Source of the DNA: Fibrobacteria bacterium | GTDB lineage: Bacteria; Fibrobacterota; Chitinivibrionia; Chitinivibrionales; FEN-1185 | Length of the DNA stretch: 64,000 nucleotides | Reading direction: 5' to 3' | NCBI GenBank assembly: GCA_037447435.1 | Contig: JBBIGR010000022.1 | Coordinates: 1 to 64,000 of the forward strand | Shown: one piece after another, positions 9,038 through 18,352 of the stretch | Layout of the letters: each line of letters starts with the position of its first letter | Position numbering within the stretch: position 1 is the first letter of the stretch | The notes under the pieces: generated by a model | Seen by the model: only the letters and a program-made list of their open reading frames with translations | What the model was told of the DNA's origin: nothing | The model's database searches: none | Position numbers and translations under genes: made by a program

Positions 9038-10189
9038 ATGATTTCCTTTTCGAAACTACGTAAGATCAAAAAAAAACGCATACTGGTTTTGTCGGCCGCC
9101 GGGCCGCGTAGCGGTATACAATGCGTCTATATCGGAGCGCAAACCGATTCTTGGGAAGCTTTGAGCCAGGCCGTTGTGCCCTATCCTCAGCATATAGACG
9201 ATCTTATCGATTCTCTGTTGCTCGACCCTTCGGCAATGCTGTCGCTTGAAAAAACGGCGTGGCTTGACAAAAGAATTACCGCATTGCTTTTGGAATGCGC
9301 AAAGAACGCATTGGCCCACGCCCATTCTTCGCATCGTCAACCTCATGTCGTGGTTGTCAATAAATTGTGCCTTTTCAACGGCAAATGCGATGAAAATGAC
9401 TCCATGCAAAACTGGGAATTGTCTTTCGGGGACGCTCAGGTCGTTGCCGCAGCGCTTCGTGCGCCCGTGATAACGGATTTTATCCGGCAGTCCGTGGTTT
9501 CGGGCGGTCAGGGGCAATTGCCCCTGTTTCCGGGAAACGTCAAAATTGCAAAAAACAATGAAGTGATTTCGGCATATTTGAATGTAGGTCTTATTTCCCG
9601 GTTGACGGTACTCGATAATCAGGCAATGCATACCATTATCGACAGTGACGTCGGTCCCGGGACATGTCTCATAAATATGGCTGCCGGAGATGCCGGCTGT
9701 GAAAACGGCTTTGATCGCGACGGATCGGTTGCTGCGCAAGGCAAGGTAGACAACTCCTGTGTTGAAACCTTAATCGCTTTGCCGTGGTTTTCGCTTCCGA
9801 TTCCCAAGCAGGGATCGATACGTGAATTTAGCGCCATGTATCGTCATCCCTGTGTGACGGCGCTTTCAAAAATCGACAGGATAACGACCTTTACCGCATT
9901 AACCGCACGATCTGCCTTTGATTTTTTCAAGCAACAGTATCGTCATGCTTTGGCTCCGGAAATAATCCATATATGCGGCGGCGGTGCGAACAATTTGACC
10001 TTGATGGAGTACCTGTCCACTTATTTTGACCCGTTGCCCGTTAAAACCGTCGAGGAATCCCAAATAGAAGCGACCATGTTTTTTCCGCTATCCCTCGGTC
10101 TTACGGTGAATGATTACCTGATTGGAAAAATCGCCCCGGCACAAAACAGCGATTTGTCGTCGGTCGGCAGATGGGTGTTTGGGCAATGA
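9038..10189 (+). CDS. anmK: Anhydro-N-acetylmuramic acid kinase-like protein (divergent active-site motifs)
   Basis: GGQG.LP, DVGPGT.LI, FDRDG..AAQGKV, CGGGANN.TLM motifs; the N-terminal MSGTSxDG motif is not conserved. Confidence 0.7.
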   Translation: MISFSKLRKIKKKRILVLSAAGPRSGIQCVYIGAQTDSWEALSQAVVPYPQHIDDLIDSLLLDPSAMLSLEKTAWLDKRITALLLECAKNALAHAHSSHRQPHVVVVNKLCLFNGKCDENDSMQNWELSFGDAQVVAAALRAPVITDFIRQSVVSGGQGQLPLFPGNVKIAKNNEVISAYLNVGLISRLTVLDNQAMHTIIDSDVGPGTCLINMAAGDAGCENGFDRDGSVAAQGKVDNSCVETLIALPWFSLPIPKQGSIREFSAMYRHPCVTALSKIDRITTFTALTARSAFDFFKQQYRHALAPEIIHICGGGANNLTLMEYLSTYFDPLPVKTVEESQIEATMFFPLSLGLTVNDYLIGKIAPAQNSDLSSVGRWVFGQ

Positions 10190-10274
10190 AAATTTCAACG
10201 TTGTTGTTGCCGCTGGAAAAAAACCATGATATAATTTTTTATCTGAAATTTTCTTTATTTACAAATAGAGGCTT

Positions 10275-10679
10275 ATGAATACTACGATACTTGTGGTCGA
10301 CGATTCCAAAATGCATTTACATCTTATGGATAAAATCCTCCGCGATTTAGGGTATGTCAATATTGAGTTGGCCATATCCGGGGACGAGGCGAAAAAGGCG
10401 ATCAATACTAAAACGATAGACCTCGTGCTTTCGGATTGGCATATGCCCGGCCTGTCGGGGTTGGATCTTTTGAAGTTTGTCCGTTCCACGCCCCGTGTTT
10501 CGGCAATCCCGTTTGTCATTATCACCACGGAGCACGATAAATCGGTCATTTTTGAAGCTGCAAAAGCGGGGGTGACCAATTATGTTTTCAAACCGATCAG
10601 CAAGGACATTTTAAAAAAGAAATTGTACGACCTAGCCAAATTGTTTCCCTCCTTAAATCCGCCTCATGAAAGTTTGTAA
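10275..10679 (+). CDS. Single-domain CheY-like response regulator
   Basis: ILVVDD, DWHMPGLSG (phospho-Asp), IIT and YVFKP receiver motifs. Confidence 0.9.
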   Translation: MNTTILVVDDSKMHLHLMDKILRDLGYVNIELAISGDEAKKAINTKTIDLVLSDWHMPGLSGLDLLKFVRSTPRVSAIPFVIITTEHDKSVIFEAAKAGVTNYVFKPISKDILKKKLYDLAKLFPSLNPPHESL

Positions 10680-10755
10680 CGCTTTCCAAACCATAGGTTA
10701 TTTTTACCGAATCCATTCCTTATCCCGGATTTGTTTTTCATAAAGGTTTGCAATA

Positions 10756-13700
10756 GTGAAAATCACTTTCGTTTATCCGCGTTTTGAAAAGTTTCTTGCC
10801 AATAATCCGGAACTCGACAGAGGGCTCATCGATTATTTCCTCGGCGATTTTACGACGCCGCCTTCGTTGGGTATTCCCATTTTGGCATCGATGACGCCGC
10901 CCCATCATGAAATCGAGCTTGTAGACGATAATGCGGGAGACCGTGTCGATTTTTCAAAAGACGCGGATTTGGTCGCCATCAACTGTTTTACCCCGCAGGC
11001 AACACGGGCATTCGAACTTGCCGACGGGTTTCGCGCGCACGGCAAAAAAGTGGTCATGGGCGGCTTTTTCCCTTCGTTTATGGTTGACGAATGTCTTTTG
11101 CATGCGGACAGCGTGAATGTGGGGGAAGGCGAGCCGACCTGGCAAACGATCTTGGACGATTGCGAAAAAGGTCGGCTGAAGCGGATTTACAAAGGCGGAT
11201 GCACCTACAACTTGGCGGACATGAAAATACCGCGACGGGATTTGTTTTACAAAAAAGATTATTACGATTGGGACGAAGATTTGGTGCAACTGACGCGCGG
11301 TTGCAGCTATTCCTGCGCCATGTGCGCCATACCCACGCACATGGGCGGCCGTATCAGGTTCCGTCCTATCGACAAGGTCGTAGAGGAAATCCGGCAGCTC
11401 AAATACGAAAATGTGTATCTGGCCGACGACACGTTGTTTTTTCCGCAACGTAAAATGATGGAATATGCAAAAGCGTTGCTCGAAGCGCTGGTACCGCTTC
11501 ACAAAAAATATTTCGTCAGCTCGACGATCGCGCTCAATACCGACGATGCGTTTCTTGATCTTATGGCCAAGGCCGGGGTGAAAAATTTCTACTGTACGCT
11601 CAATGTAGATCCTGTTTCCATTAAAGCCTTAAGCGGCGGCCGGAAAGAACGGCAGTTGTTGATCGATTTGGCGCGGAAATTAAAGGAACGCGACATCAAT
11701 TTCTTCGCTTCCTGCGCATTGGGCCGCGACTGGGACGAAAAAGGCGTGAGCGACAAAATCACGGCGTTACTTGACGAAGCAGATATACACACGGCGGAAT
11801 TTTTTATATTTACCCCGTATCCCGGCTCGGTGCATTGGGACCGGCTGGAAAACCAGAAACGAATCGTGGACAAAAACTGGTCGCATTATAACGGCGCGCA
11901 CGTCGTGTTTGAGCCCATGAACATGACCCGCGACGAGTTGTATGCCGAGTTCATCAATGTTTGGAACAGTTTTTATAAAAAGCAAAAAAAAGCGCACGCG
12001 TCGTATCTTGAACCGTCGACCTATAAAGACGGGAAAAAGGTCGTGGGCAAACCCCTTGAGCGTATGGGGGTGAAGAAACAGGCGGTCATAAGCGGCATTG
12101 GATTGGAAAGCCCCATCGGCAACTCGCTCGAAAGCGTTTTGCAGCATATCCGCGACGGAGTACACGGGCTTGCGCCGATTACCCGTTTCGATGCGTCGAA
12201 CTTCCGTACGAATATCGGCGGTGAAATCCGCGAGTTTGACCCGTTGCGGTACCTTGATGAAAAAGAAGTCGCGGAATATCCCGACCGGTATTTACAGACA
12301 GCAATAGCGTCGGCGCGCAAGGCGATGCAGCAGGCAGGCATTCCATGTATTCCCGGGGCCGCACGCCGCGACATCGCATTGGTGCTGGGTACCTGCAACG
12401 GCGGACTTCTTTCGGCCGAGGAAGAATACAAATGGCTGCATAATAAAGGCGATAAGCCTTTTGATGAAAAAATGAATTTGCAGGCGCAATATTACGGTTT
12501 CGGCAAGGCCTTGTCCCGCGCTTTGGGCATCGGCGGCGAAACGTGGATAGTGACAACCGCTTGCTCCTCGACAACCGGCGCTACCGGATTGGCGGCATCG
12601 CTTATCAACCTCGGGTTATACTCGACCGTGATTTTGGGCGGGTCCGATTCTCTCTGCGTAGCCAATATGTCCGGGTTCAACGGACTCAAGGCGGTTTCCA
12701 ATTCGCAAATAGCGCCGTTTTCAACGCCGATCGGTCTTAACATAGGCGAGGCATCGGTTTTTTGGGTGGTGGAGGAAATGGAACAGGCCCTTTTACGGAA
12801 TGTCCCGCTTTTGGGAAAAATCGCAGGGCACAGCCTGACAAGCGATGCCTATCACCCGACATCTCCCGACCCGCGCGGCGAGGGTGTTTACAAAACCTTG
12901 TCTAATGCGCTTGCGGATTCGGGACTTACGCTCGACGACATCGGCGTCGTCAATGCGCACGGCACGGGTACCGAAGCAAATGACCGGGCTGAAAGCAAAG
13001 GCATTGCGAAATTCATCGGCAATACCGCAATCCCGGCAACCTCCACGAAATCGTTTTTCGGCCATTGCATGGGAACGACCGGCATTCTCGAGGCAACGTG
13101 CAATCTGCTGGCCATGAACCATGATTTGATTCCGCCGACGCTCAATTTTTCGGCACCCCGCCCGGGCTGTACTCTCGATTACGTGCCGAATCACGCGCGT
13201 GAAAAAAAATACCACGCATTTATTTCCGCGAATTACGCTTTCGGCGGAAACAATGCGGCGATCGTGGTGACGAAATGGGACTGCGCGACGCCGCCGCGGA
13301 AAAATGCCGATGCCCGTGTCGTCATCACGGGGCTCGGCACAATAACATCCCTTGGTCTGGGCGTCGATACCCTTGTTAAAAAAATGCGCGACCGGCAAAA
13401 CGGCATAGGCCCGGCTTTGCGATTGGACATTAATAAAAGCATGTCGAAAAACGCCGGACTCGTTGCGCCTTTTTCTGCTGAGGATATTGACAAAAGATTG
13501 GACATGGCCGGAATGAACCTGATCAGTTCCTTTGCCACTGCGGCGACAAAATTGTCGCTCGACAACGCAGGACTGCGCGTAAGCCCGAAAAATGCCGACC
13601 GCATCGGCATCGTCATGGGCGTTTGCAACGGTCCTGCAGAAGACGACCATATGAACAGCGTGTTCTCATCCCCGGATTTTCAGGCGGATATCAATTGCTT

Positions 13701-14520
13701 TTCGAATATAACCGCAAACTCGACTGCCGGCTGGGTAAGCAACGCGCTTTGCCTTAAAGGCGTGAACATGACCGTTGCGCCGGGCCCGCATGCCGGCTTG
13801 GCGAGCGTTTCCTACGCGTTCAACGCGCTGAGGGAAAATCGGGCCGCTGCGATTGTCGCCTGCGCCAGCGACGAAGTGTACCCGCGCATGTTTCACAATT
13901 ACGATATGATCGGGTTTTTGCGGAGCGGGGAAAAAGAACAAAAGTACGACCTTGATTTTGCCGACGCAAAACGGAAAATAATCGCCGAAGGCGCCGCGGC
14001 TTTCACAATGGAAACGCTTGACAATGCGCGGCAACGCGAAGCCAAAATTTACGGCGAGGTGCTGTCGTACGGCATGAGTGTCGACGGGTTGGAGTTTTCC
14101 GGTCAAAGCAATACCGGCGCCGGTCTGTTGCACGCATGCGAAACGGCATTGGAACGTGCGGGGCTTTCTTTTAAGGACATCGGGCTTGCGGTTTGGGCGC
14201 CGCAAGGAAATGCTACCGACGCCAAGATGCTGGAAATTATTCGAAGCCGGATCTGGAACGACCCGTCGCGGCAACGGGTGCCGTTGGTCACCACGTCGCT
14301 TAACACCGGATATATTGAAACCGCGTCCGTTTTGGCAAGTACGGCCTGCGCTCTATTTACTCTTTCGCAAGGGACAACATTGTGGCCGCAAATCACCGGC
14401 GATACGGATATCGATACAAAAGAACTCACCGAAGCGCCTGAATTCGTATTGGCGCTCGGCAGCACCGATCTCGGCTATAATTTCGCGGTTGTCATCAGGA
14501 ACGGAAGTTTCGTATCGTGA
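10756..14520 (+). CDS. Fusion: cobalamin-binding radical SAM + active beta-ketoacyl-ACP synthase + inactive KS (CLF-like) domain
   Basis: B12-binding-like N-terminus (PPSLG...VVMGG.FPS...GEGE); RGCSYSCAMC (CxxxCxxC, ~11302-11325); KS from ~12070 with TTACSS, NAHGTGT, KSFFGHC, FGGNNA; second KS fold from ~13310 lacking Cys/His/His. Confidence 0.9.
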   Translation: MKITFVYPRFEKFLANNPELDRGLIDYFLGDFTTPPSLGIPILASMTPPHHEIELVDDNAGDRVDFSKDADLVAINCFTPQATRAFELADGFRAHGKKVVMGGFFPSFMVDECLLHADSVNVGEGEPTWQTILDDCEKGRLKRIYKGGCTYNLADMKIPRRDLFYKKDYYDWDEDLVQLTRGCSYSCAMCAIPTHMGGRIRFRPIDKVVEEIRQLKYENVYLADDTLFFPQRKMMEYAKALLEALVPLHKKYFVSSTIALNTDDAFLDLMAKAGVKNFYCTLNVDPVSIKALSGGRKERQLLIDLARKLKERDINFFASCALGRDWDEKGVSDKITALLDEADIHTAEFFIFTPYPGSVHWDRLENQKRIVDKNWSHYNGAHVVFEPMNMTRDELYAEFINVWNSFYKKQKKAHASYLEPSTYKDGKKVVGKPLERMGVKKQAVISGIGLESPIGNSLESVLQHIRDGVHGLAPITRFDASNFRTNIGGEIREFDPLRYLDEKEVAEYPDRYLQTAIASARKAMQQAGIPCIPGAARRDIALVLGTCNGGLLSAEEEYKWLHNKGDKPFDEKMNLQAQYYGFGKALSRALGIGGETWIVTTACSSTTGATGLAASLINLGLYSTVILGGSDSLCVANMSGFNGLKAVSNSQIAPFSTPIGLNIGEASVFWVVEEMEQALLRNVPLLGKIAGHSLTSDAYHPTSPDPRGEGVYKTLSNALADSGLTLDDIGVVNAHGTGTEANDRAESKGIAKFIGNTAIPATSTKSFFGHCMGTTGILEATCNLLAMNHDLIPPTLNFSAPRPGCTLDYVPNHAREKKYHAFISANYAFGGNNAAIVVTKWDCATPPRKNADARVVITGLGTITSLGLGVDTLVKKMRDRQNGIGPALRLDINKSMSKNAGLVAPFSAEDIDKRLDMAGMNLISSFATAATKLSLDNAGLRVSPKNADRIGIVMGVCNGPAEDDHMNSVFSSPDFQADINCFSNITANSTAGWVSNALCLKGVNMTVAPGPHAGLASVSYAFNALRENRAAAIVACASDEVYPRMFHNYDMIGFLRSGEKEQKYDLDFADAKRKIIAEGAAAFTMETLDNARQREAKIYGEVLSYGMSVDGLEFSGQSNTGAGLLHACETALERAGLSFKDIGLAVWAPQGNATDAKMLEIIRSRIWNDPSRQRVPLVTTSLNTGYIETASVLASTACALFTLSQGTTLWPQITGDTDIDTKELTEAPEFVLALGSTDLGYNFAVVIRNGSFVS

Positions 14521-16841
14521 GACAGCGCGTTGTCGTAACCGGAATGGGTGTTATTTCGAGCGCCGGAAAGAACTGCGAAGACTATTTCAAATCGATTTCA
14601 AACGGTATTCCCTCGTTTTCACCGATAGCCAGGCCTCATCTTTCCCATTTCCGCGCCACCCATGCGGGACTGATTACCGAATTTTCCGAATCCTCGGTTC
14701 CCCACGGGGAAACCCTTGCTTCGCAAGACAAATTCATCCGATTCGCCGCTATAGCGGCGCAAGAAGCGCTTGCCATGTCGGGCATTTCCGTTTCCAAGAC
14801 ATCCCGTCGCATGGGATTGCTTTTTGCAACATGCAGCGGTCCGATGCAAACCATCGAACGGCATTATATGCGCCTTGCCGACGGCGATGAAACGTTGACT
14901 AAAGAACAGCTGTTCGCAAAACGATATTATAGCGGCGCGATGCTTTTGTCCCGTGCTTTCGGCATCGCCGGTATGTGTGCAACGGTCACTACCGCATGTT
15001 CCGCAAGCCTTTCGGCCATCGGCTTTGCCGCTGATTTGATACGCCTCGGCCTGGCCGATGCCGTTCTTGCCGGCGGCAGCGATACGTTCAGCGAAACAAC
15101 GCTTGCGGGATTCGACGGACTTAAGGCGACCGTCGACGGCGTTTGCGCGCCTTTTTCAAAACCTATCGGGCTTAACCTAGGGGAAGGTGCGGCATTCCTG
15201 CTTGTCGAAAGCATGGAACATGCAAAAGCCCGGAATGCGGAAATACGGGCCGAAATACTCGGTTTCGGTCTTTCGAACGACGCGTATCACTGCACGGCTC
15301 CGGATCCGTCGGGAAACGGCCAGGCAGCCGCAATGGAACGCGCGCTTGCCGATGCGAATACGGCAGCGTCGCGGATATCGTATGTAAATGCACACGGTAC
15401 GGGTACCGAAGCGAATGACAAAACCGAATCGCGCGCCATAAAAAAGGTCTTTGGTTCTGCCGGCGCGAATGTGCCGGTCAGTTCAACAAAATCCATGATC
15501 GGGCATTGCCTGGGTGCCGCAGGCGCCTGTGAAGCGGTGGCAAGCGTGCTTTGTTTGACAAAAGGAATTTTGCCGCCCACGGCCAATTATTCGGAAAGCA
15601 GGGAAGGGTGTTCCCTGGATTATGTTGCGACCCCCGGAAGGGCGCCCGCTTTTTTGGGGCCGATGCTTACCAATAATTTTGCTTTTGGCGGCAATAATGC
15701 CAGCATGGTGATACGGGCGAACGGGCCGTTTGACAAATGCAACGATGCCGGCGATACCGGAAGCAGGACCGCCGAAGCCGTTATAACGGGTATCGGGCTT
15801 GTATCCGCCGCAGGTATCGGCATAGAGCCTTTTGTCGATGCAATTGCGAAGAATAAAAAATGCTTCGTAAACGCGGGACTTTCGGAGAAAAACGGTTACG
15901 ACATAGGGACTGTCCCGGATTTTTCGATGCAGGAAATCGATCGCCGGCTCGACGATCGCAATATGGACAGGTCGAGCAGGCTCGGTTTGGCCGCTGCCCG
16001 GCTTGCCATGCTTTCGGCCCGGATCGGCGAGAGGCAATCGCAACGCAAGGACCTTGGCTTGTATCTGCATTTGTCGGCAGGGCCGTCTTGGGCGGAAGAG
16101 GAGCATATTACTTCTTTACTTCGTGAAAAATTTGCAATCAGTCAAGTGAATGCGTTTCCTTTTATCGTGCCTAATTCCGTTTCGGGAAATATCTGCAAAT
16201 CGATAGGATTGTCGGGGCATAATACCACCTTGTGTTTCGGGCCGGGCGCGGGCATCATGGGGCTGGGCTTTGCCGCTCAGGCAATCAATGCGAACCATAC
16301 GGAGGCGCTCATCAGCCTGAGTGTCGACGAACTTTCGAAAAGGATACTGTCGGACATTTGCGCTACGGGGAGTTTGTCGGACCTGCCATATCCTTACGCA
16401 GAAGGGGCTTGCGGTTTTGTCGTAGAAAGCCGGGACCATGCTTCGCGTCGCAATGCGAAAATCCTGGCTTCACTTTGTTCGACTGCTTATTCCACCAAAA
16501 TAAACAGTGAAGATGATCCGGTCGCATTACTATGCAGTACTATAGACGATTCGCTGCGCCAGGCCAATATAGCCGCATCGGAACTGTCTTGTATTTGCTG
16601 TAATTTAAAAAATGAACATGAAACAGCGGCAATTTCCCGTATTTTGCAAACCGACGATTGTCATCGAATCGATACGGCATCGCAATTAGGGTTTGCAGAG
16701 GCAACGCTTCCATTATATAATCTGGCATATTCACTTTTAGGATCAGGCTTTGGTTATGCTTCGTCCAAAAATTATATTCTCGTAGTTTTCAGCTCAGACG
16801 ATGGAATCAATTGTTCAACAGTTATTCGAAAAGAACCTTAA
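14517..16841 (+). CDS. Didomain KS-CLF-like beta-ketoacyl-ACP synthase
   Basis: TTACSAS, YVNAHGTGT, STKSMIGHC, FGGNNA; second domain (AVITGIG from ~15777) lacks catalytic residues; GTGA overlap with the upstream gene. Confidence 0.9.
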   Translation: MRQRVVVTGMGVISSAGKNCEDYFKSISNGIPSFSPIARPHLSHFRATHAGLITEFSESSVPHGETLASQDKFIRFAAIAAQEALAMSGISVSKTSRRMGLLFATCSGPMQTIERHYMRLADGDETLTKEQLFAKRYYSGAMLLSRAFGIAGMCATVTTACSASLSAIGFAADLIRLGLADAVLAGGSDTFSETTLAGFDGLKATVDGVCAPFSKPIGLNLGEGAAFLLVESMEHAKARNAEIRAEILGFGLSNDAYHCTAPDPSGNGQAAAMERALADANTAASRISYVNAHGTGTEANDKTESRAIKKVFGSAGANVPVSSTKSMIGHCLGAAGACEAVASVLCLTKGILPPTANYSESREGCSLDYVATPGRAPAFLGPMLTNNFAFGGNNASMVIRANGPFDKCNDAGDTGSRTAEAVITGIGLVSAAGIGIEPFVDAIAKNKKCFVNAGLSEKNGYDIGTVPDFSMQEIDRRLDDRNMDRSSRLGLAAARLAMLSARIGERQSQRKDLGLYLHLSAGPSWAEEEHITSLLREKFAISQVNAFPFIVPNSVSGNICKSIGLSGHNTTLCFGPGAGIMGLGFAAQAINANHTEALISLSVDELSKRILSDICATGSLSDLPYPYAEGACGFVVESRDHASRRNAKILASLCSTAYSTKINSEDDPVALLCSTIDDSLRQANIAASELSCICCNLKNEHETAAISRILQTDDCHRIDTASQLGFAEATLPLYNLAYSLLGSGFGYASSKNYILVVFSSDDGINCSTVIRKEP

Positions 16842-16844
16842 AAT

Positions 16845-17141
16845 ATGACAGAAACGATGCAGAAAGAAATCGAGCAACGCCGCGAAATCATCAATACGTT
16901 TAAAACCGAGCTCATTCGCCGCCTTAACCTTCCTTACACGCCCGACGATTTGCATGAAGATGTCGCATTGCTCGGCGCAGGTTTGGGACTTGACTCACTG
17001 GATGCTTTGGAAATCGTGCTTTGCATCGAGAATTCATTCGGCATAAAAATCCCGGACGAAAACATCGCGGTACTGCGTTCCATCAACACGGTTGTTGATT
17101 TTGTCATTTCGCAGAAGAGCAAAAAAGAGGGACAACAATGA
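16845..17141 (+). CDS. Acyl carrier protein
   Basis: LGLDSLDALE phosphopantetheine attachment motif, acidic 98 aa. Confidence 0.93.
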   Translation: MTETMQKEIEQRREIINTFKTELIRRLNLPYTPDDLHEDVALLGAGLGLDSLDALEIVLCIENSFGIKIPDENIAVLRSINTVVDFVISQKSKKEGQQ

Positions 17142-18247
17142 GAACATCTCCTTTTCATAAAAATTTTGCAGCAAATAACGCAACCTTTGCCAACCGTTTT
17201 GAAACTGAAATCGTTTCCCGCGTCGGCGATGCGAAAAACGAATATGAAACGATTCGAAACGCTGCCGGAATTACGGATTTTTCATTTATGCAGCGTTTCC
17301 GTTTCCCCGAAGAAAAGGGTTTGGATTTTTTGGATTCACTGTGTGCGGGCAATGTTGCGAAGCTACGATTCGGAAGAATTCTGCATACCTTTTTAGCCGA
17401 CGATGACGGCATGATCATTGCCGATTGCTATATAGCGAACAATGACGAAGAATTCATTCTCCTTTGCGAAAGTATTGCCGATGACGATGCCGTTGTGCAG
17501 CTTCTGCTTTCCCGCGGCGCTGCCGAGGCGGGCATGGAAGATTTGTCCAAATCCCATGCGCTGTTAAGTATAGACGGTTATAAGGCTTGGGCAGTTGCTA
17601 AGGAACTTTTCGGCGCGGATGTTCTCGGCCTGCCTTATTTGTCTATCGAACGCTACGAATATAACGGTGCCGGTATTTCGCTGTTTAGGGCGGGTAAGAC
17701 TTCCGAGTTCGGCTATTTGCTGTTGGTTGAGGCGGGTAAAACAGACCTTCTGTTTGATGCCTGCCTGGCAAGTGCGCGAAAAATCAGCGGCGGTCTCTGC
17801 GGTATCGACATCCATAACGACCTTCGGTTGGAAGGACGTTTCTTCAATGTTTTTGCCGAAGGCGTTTTGGTGCGCGATCCGCTGGAGCTCGGTCTGCAAT
17901 GGATGATCGATTTTAACAAAGAGCAATTTGCCGGACGCGACGCCATTGCGGCGAGGCGCGCGAGCGGGCTTTCCAAGAAAATTATCGGCATATGCGCTGC
18001 AGCCGACGTTTCGGGCTTTACAAAAGGTGCGACAATTGTAAACGGCAACGATTCGGTCGCGACCATTGTCGCGACTTGTTTTTCCTATACGCTCGATAAA
18101 TTCGTCGGGTTGGCGCTTTTTTCCGTCGATTGTGCCTATGCCGGGCTATCGTTCAATCTCGGTACAGGTGAGGGACCCAAAGTTTCCACCATCTCGATGC
18201 CGCCCATTATGCCGAAAAGCCTGACGGTTAAACTTGACGATATGTAG
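17138..18247 (+). CDS. GcvT/aminomethyltransferase-fold (folate-binding) protein
   Basis: E..TIRNAAGITDFS, DGMIIAD, LRLEG, PLELGLQWMIDFNKEQFAG are GcvT-family motifs; ATGA overlap with ACP; no GcvH/GcvP in the window. Confidence 0.8.
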   Translation: MRTSPFHKNFAANNATFANRFETEIVSRVGDAKNEYETIRNAAGITDFSFMQRFRFPEEKGLDFLDSLCAGNVAKLRFGRILHTFLADDDGMIIADCYIANNDEEFILLCESIADDDAVVQLLLSRGAAEAGMEDLSKSHALLSIDGYKAWAVAKELFGADVLGLPYLSIERYEYNGAGISLFRAGKTSEFGYLLLVEAGKTDLLFDACLASARKISGGLCGIDIHNDLRLEGRFFNVFAEGVLVRDPLELGLQWMIDFNKEQFAGRDAIAARRASGLSKKIIGICAAADVSGFTKGATIVNGNDSVATIVATCFSYTLDKFVGLALFSVDCAYAGLSFNLGTGEGPKVSTISMPPIMPKSLTVKLDDM

Positions 18248-18352
18248 CATCGATTAAAACCGGCTAGTTAACTGGGGTTCTCCGGTCTGCGCATTTTTTG
18301 CGTGGAGGTGATTTCGGCTGAAACTATCCAATTGCGGAGCAACGGATTTTAA

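Noticed and set aside
14078..14890. 270-aa alternative-frame ORF spanning the KS gene junction
   Set aside because: Arg/Ser/Cys-rich shadow ORF fully overlapping two well-supported genes; the same applies to the many antisense ORFs in the track
17138..18247. Glycine cleavage system gcvT or ygfZ
   Set aside because: No gcvH/gcvP nearby, divergent GcvT motifs and no YgfZ signature; gene symbol withheld
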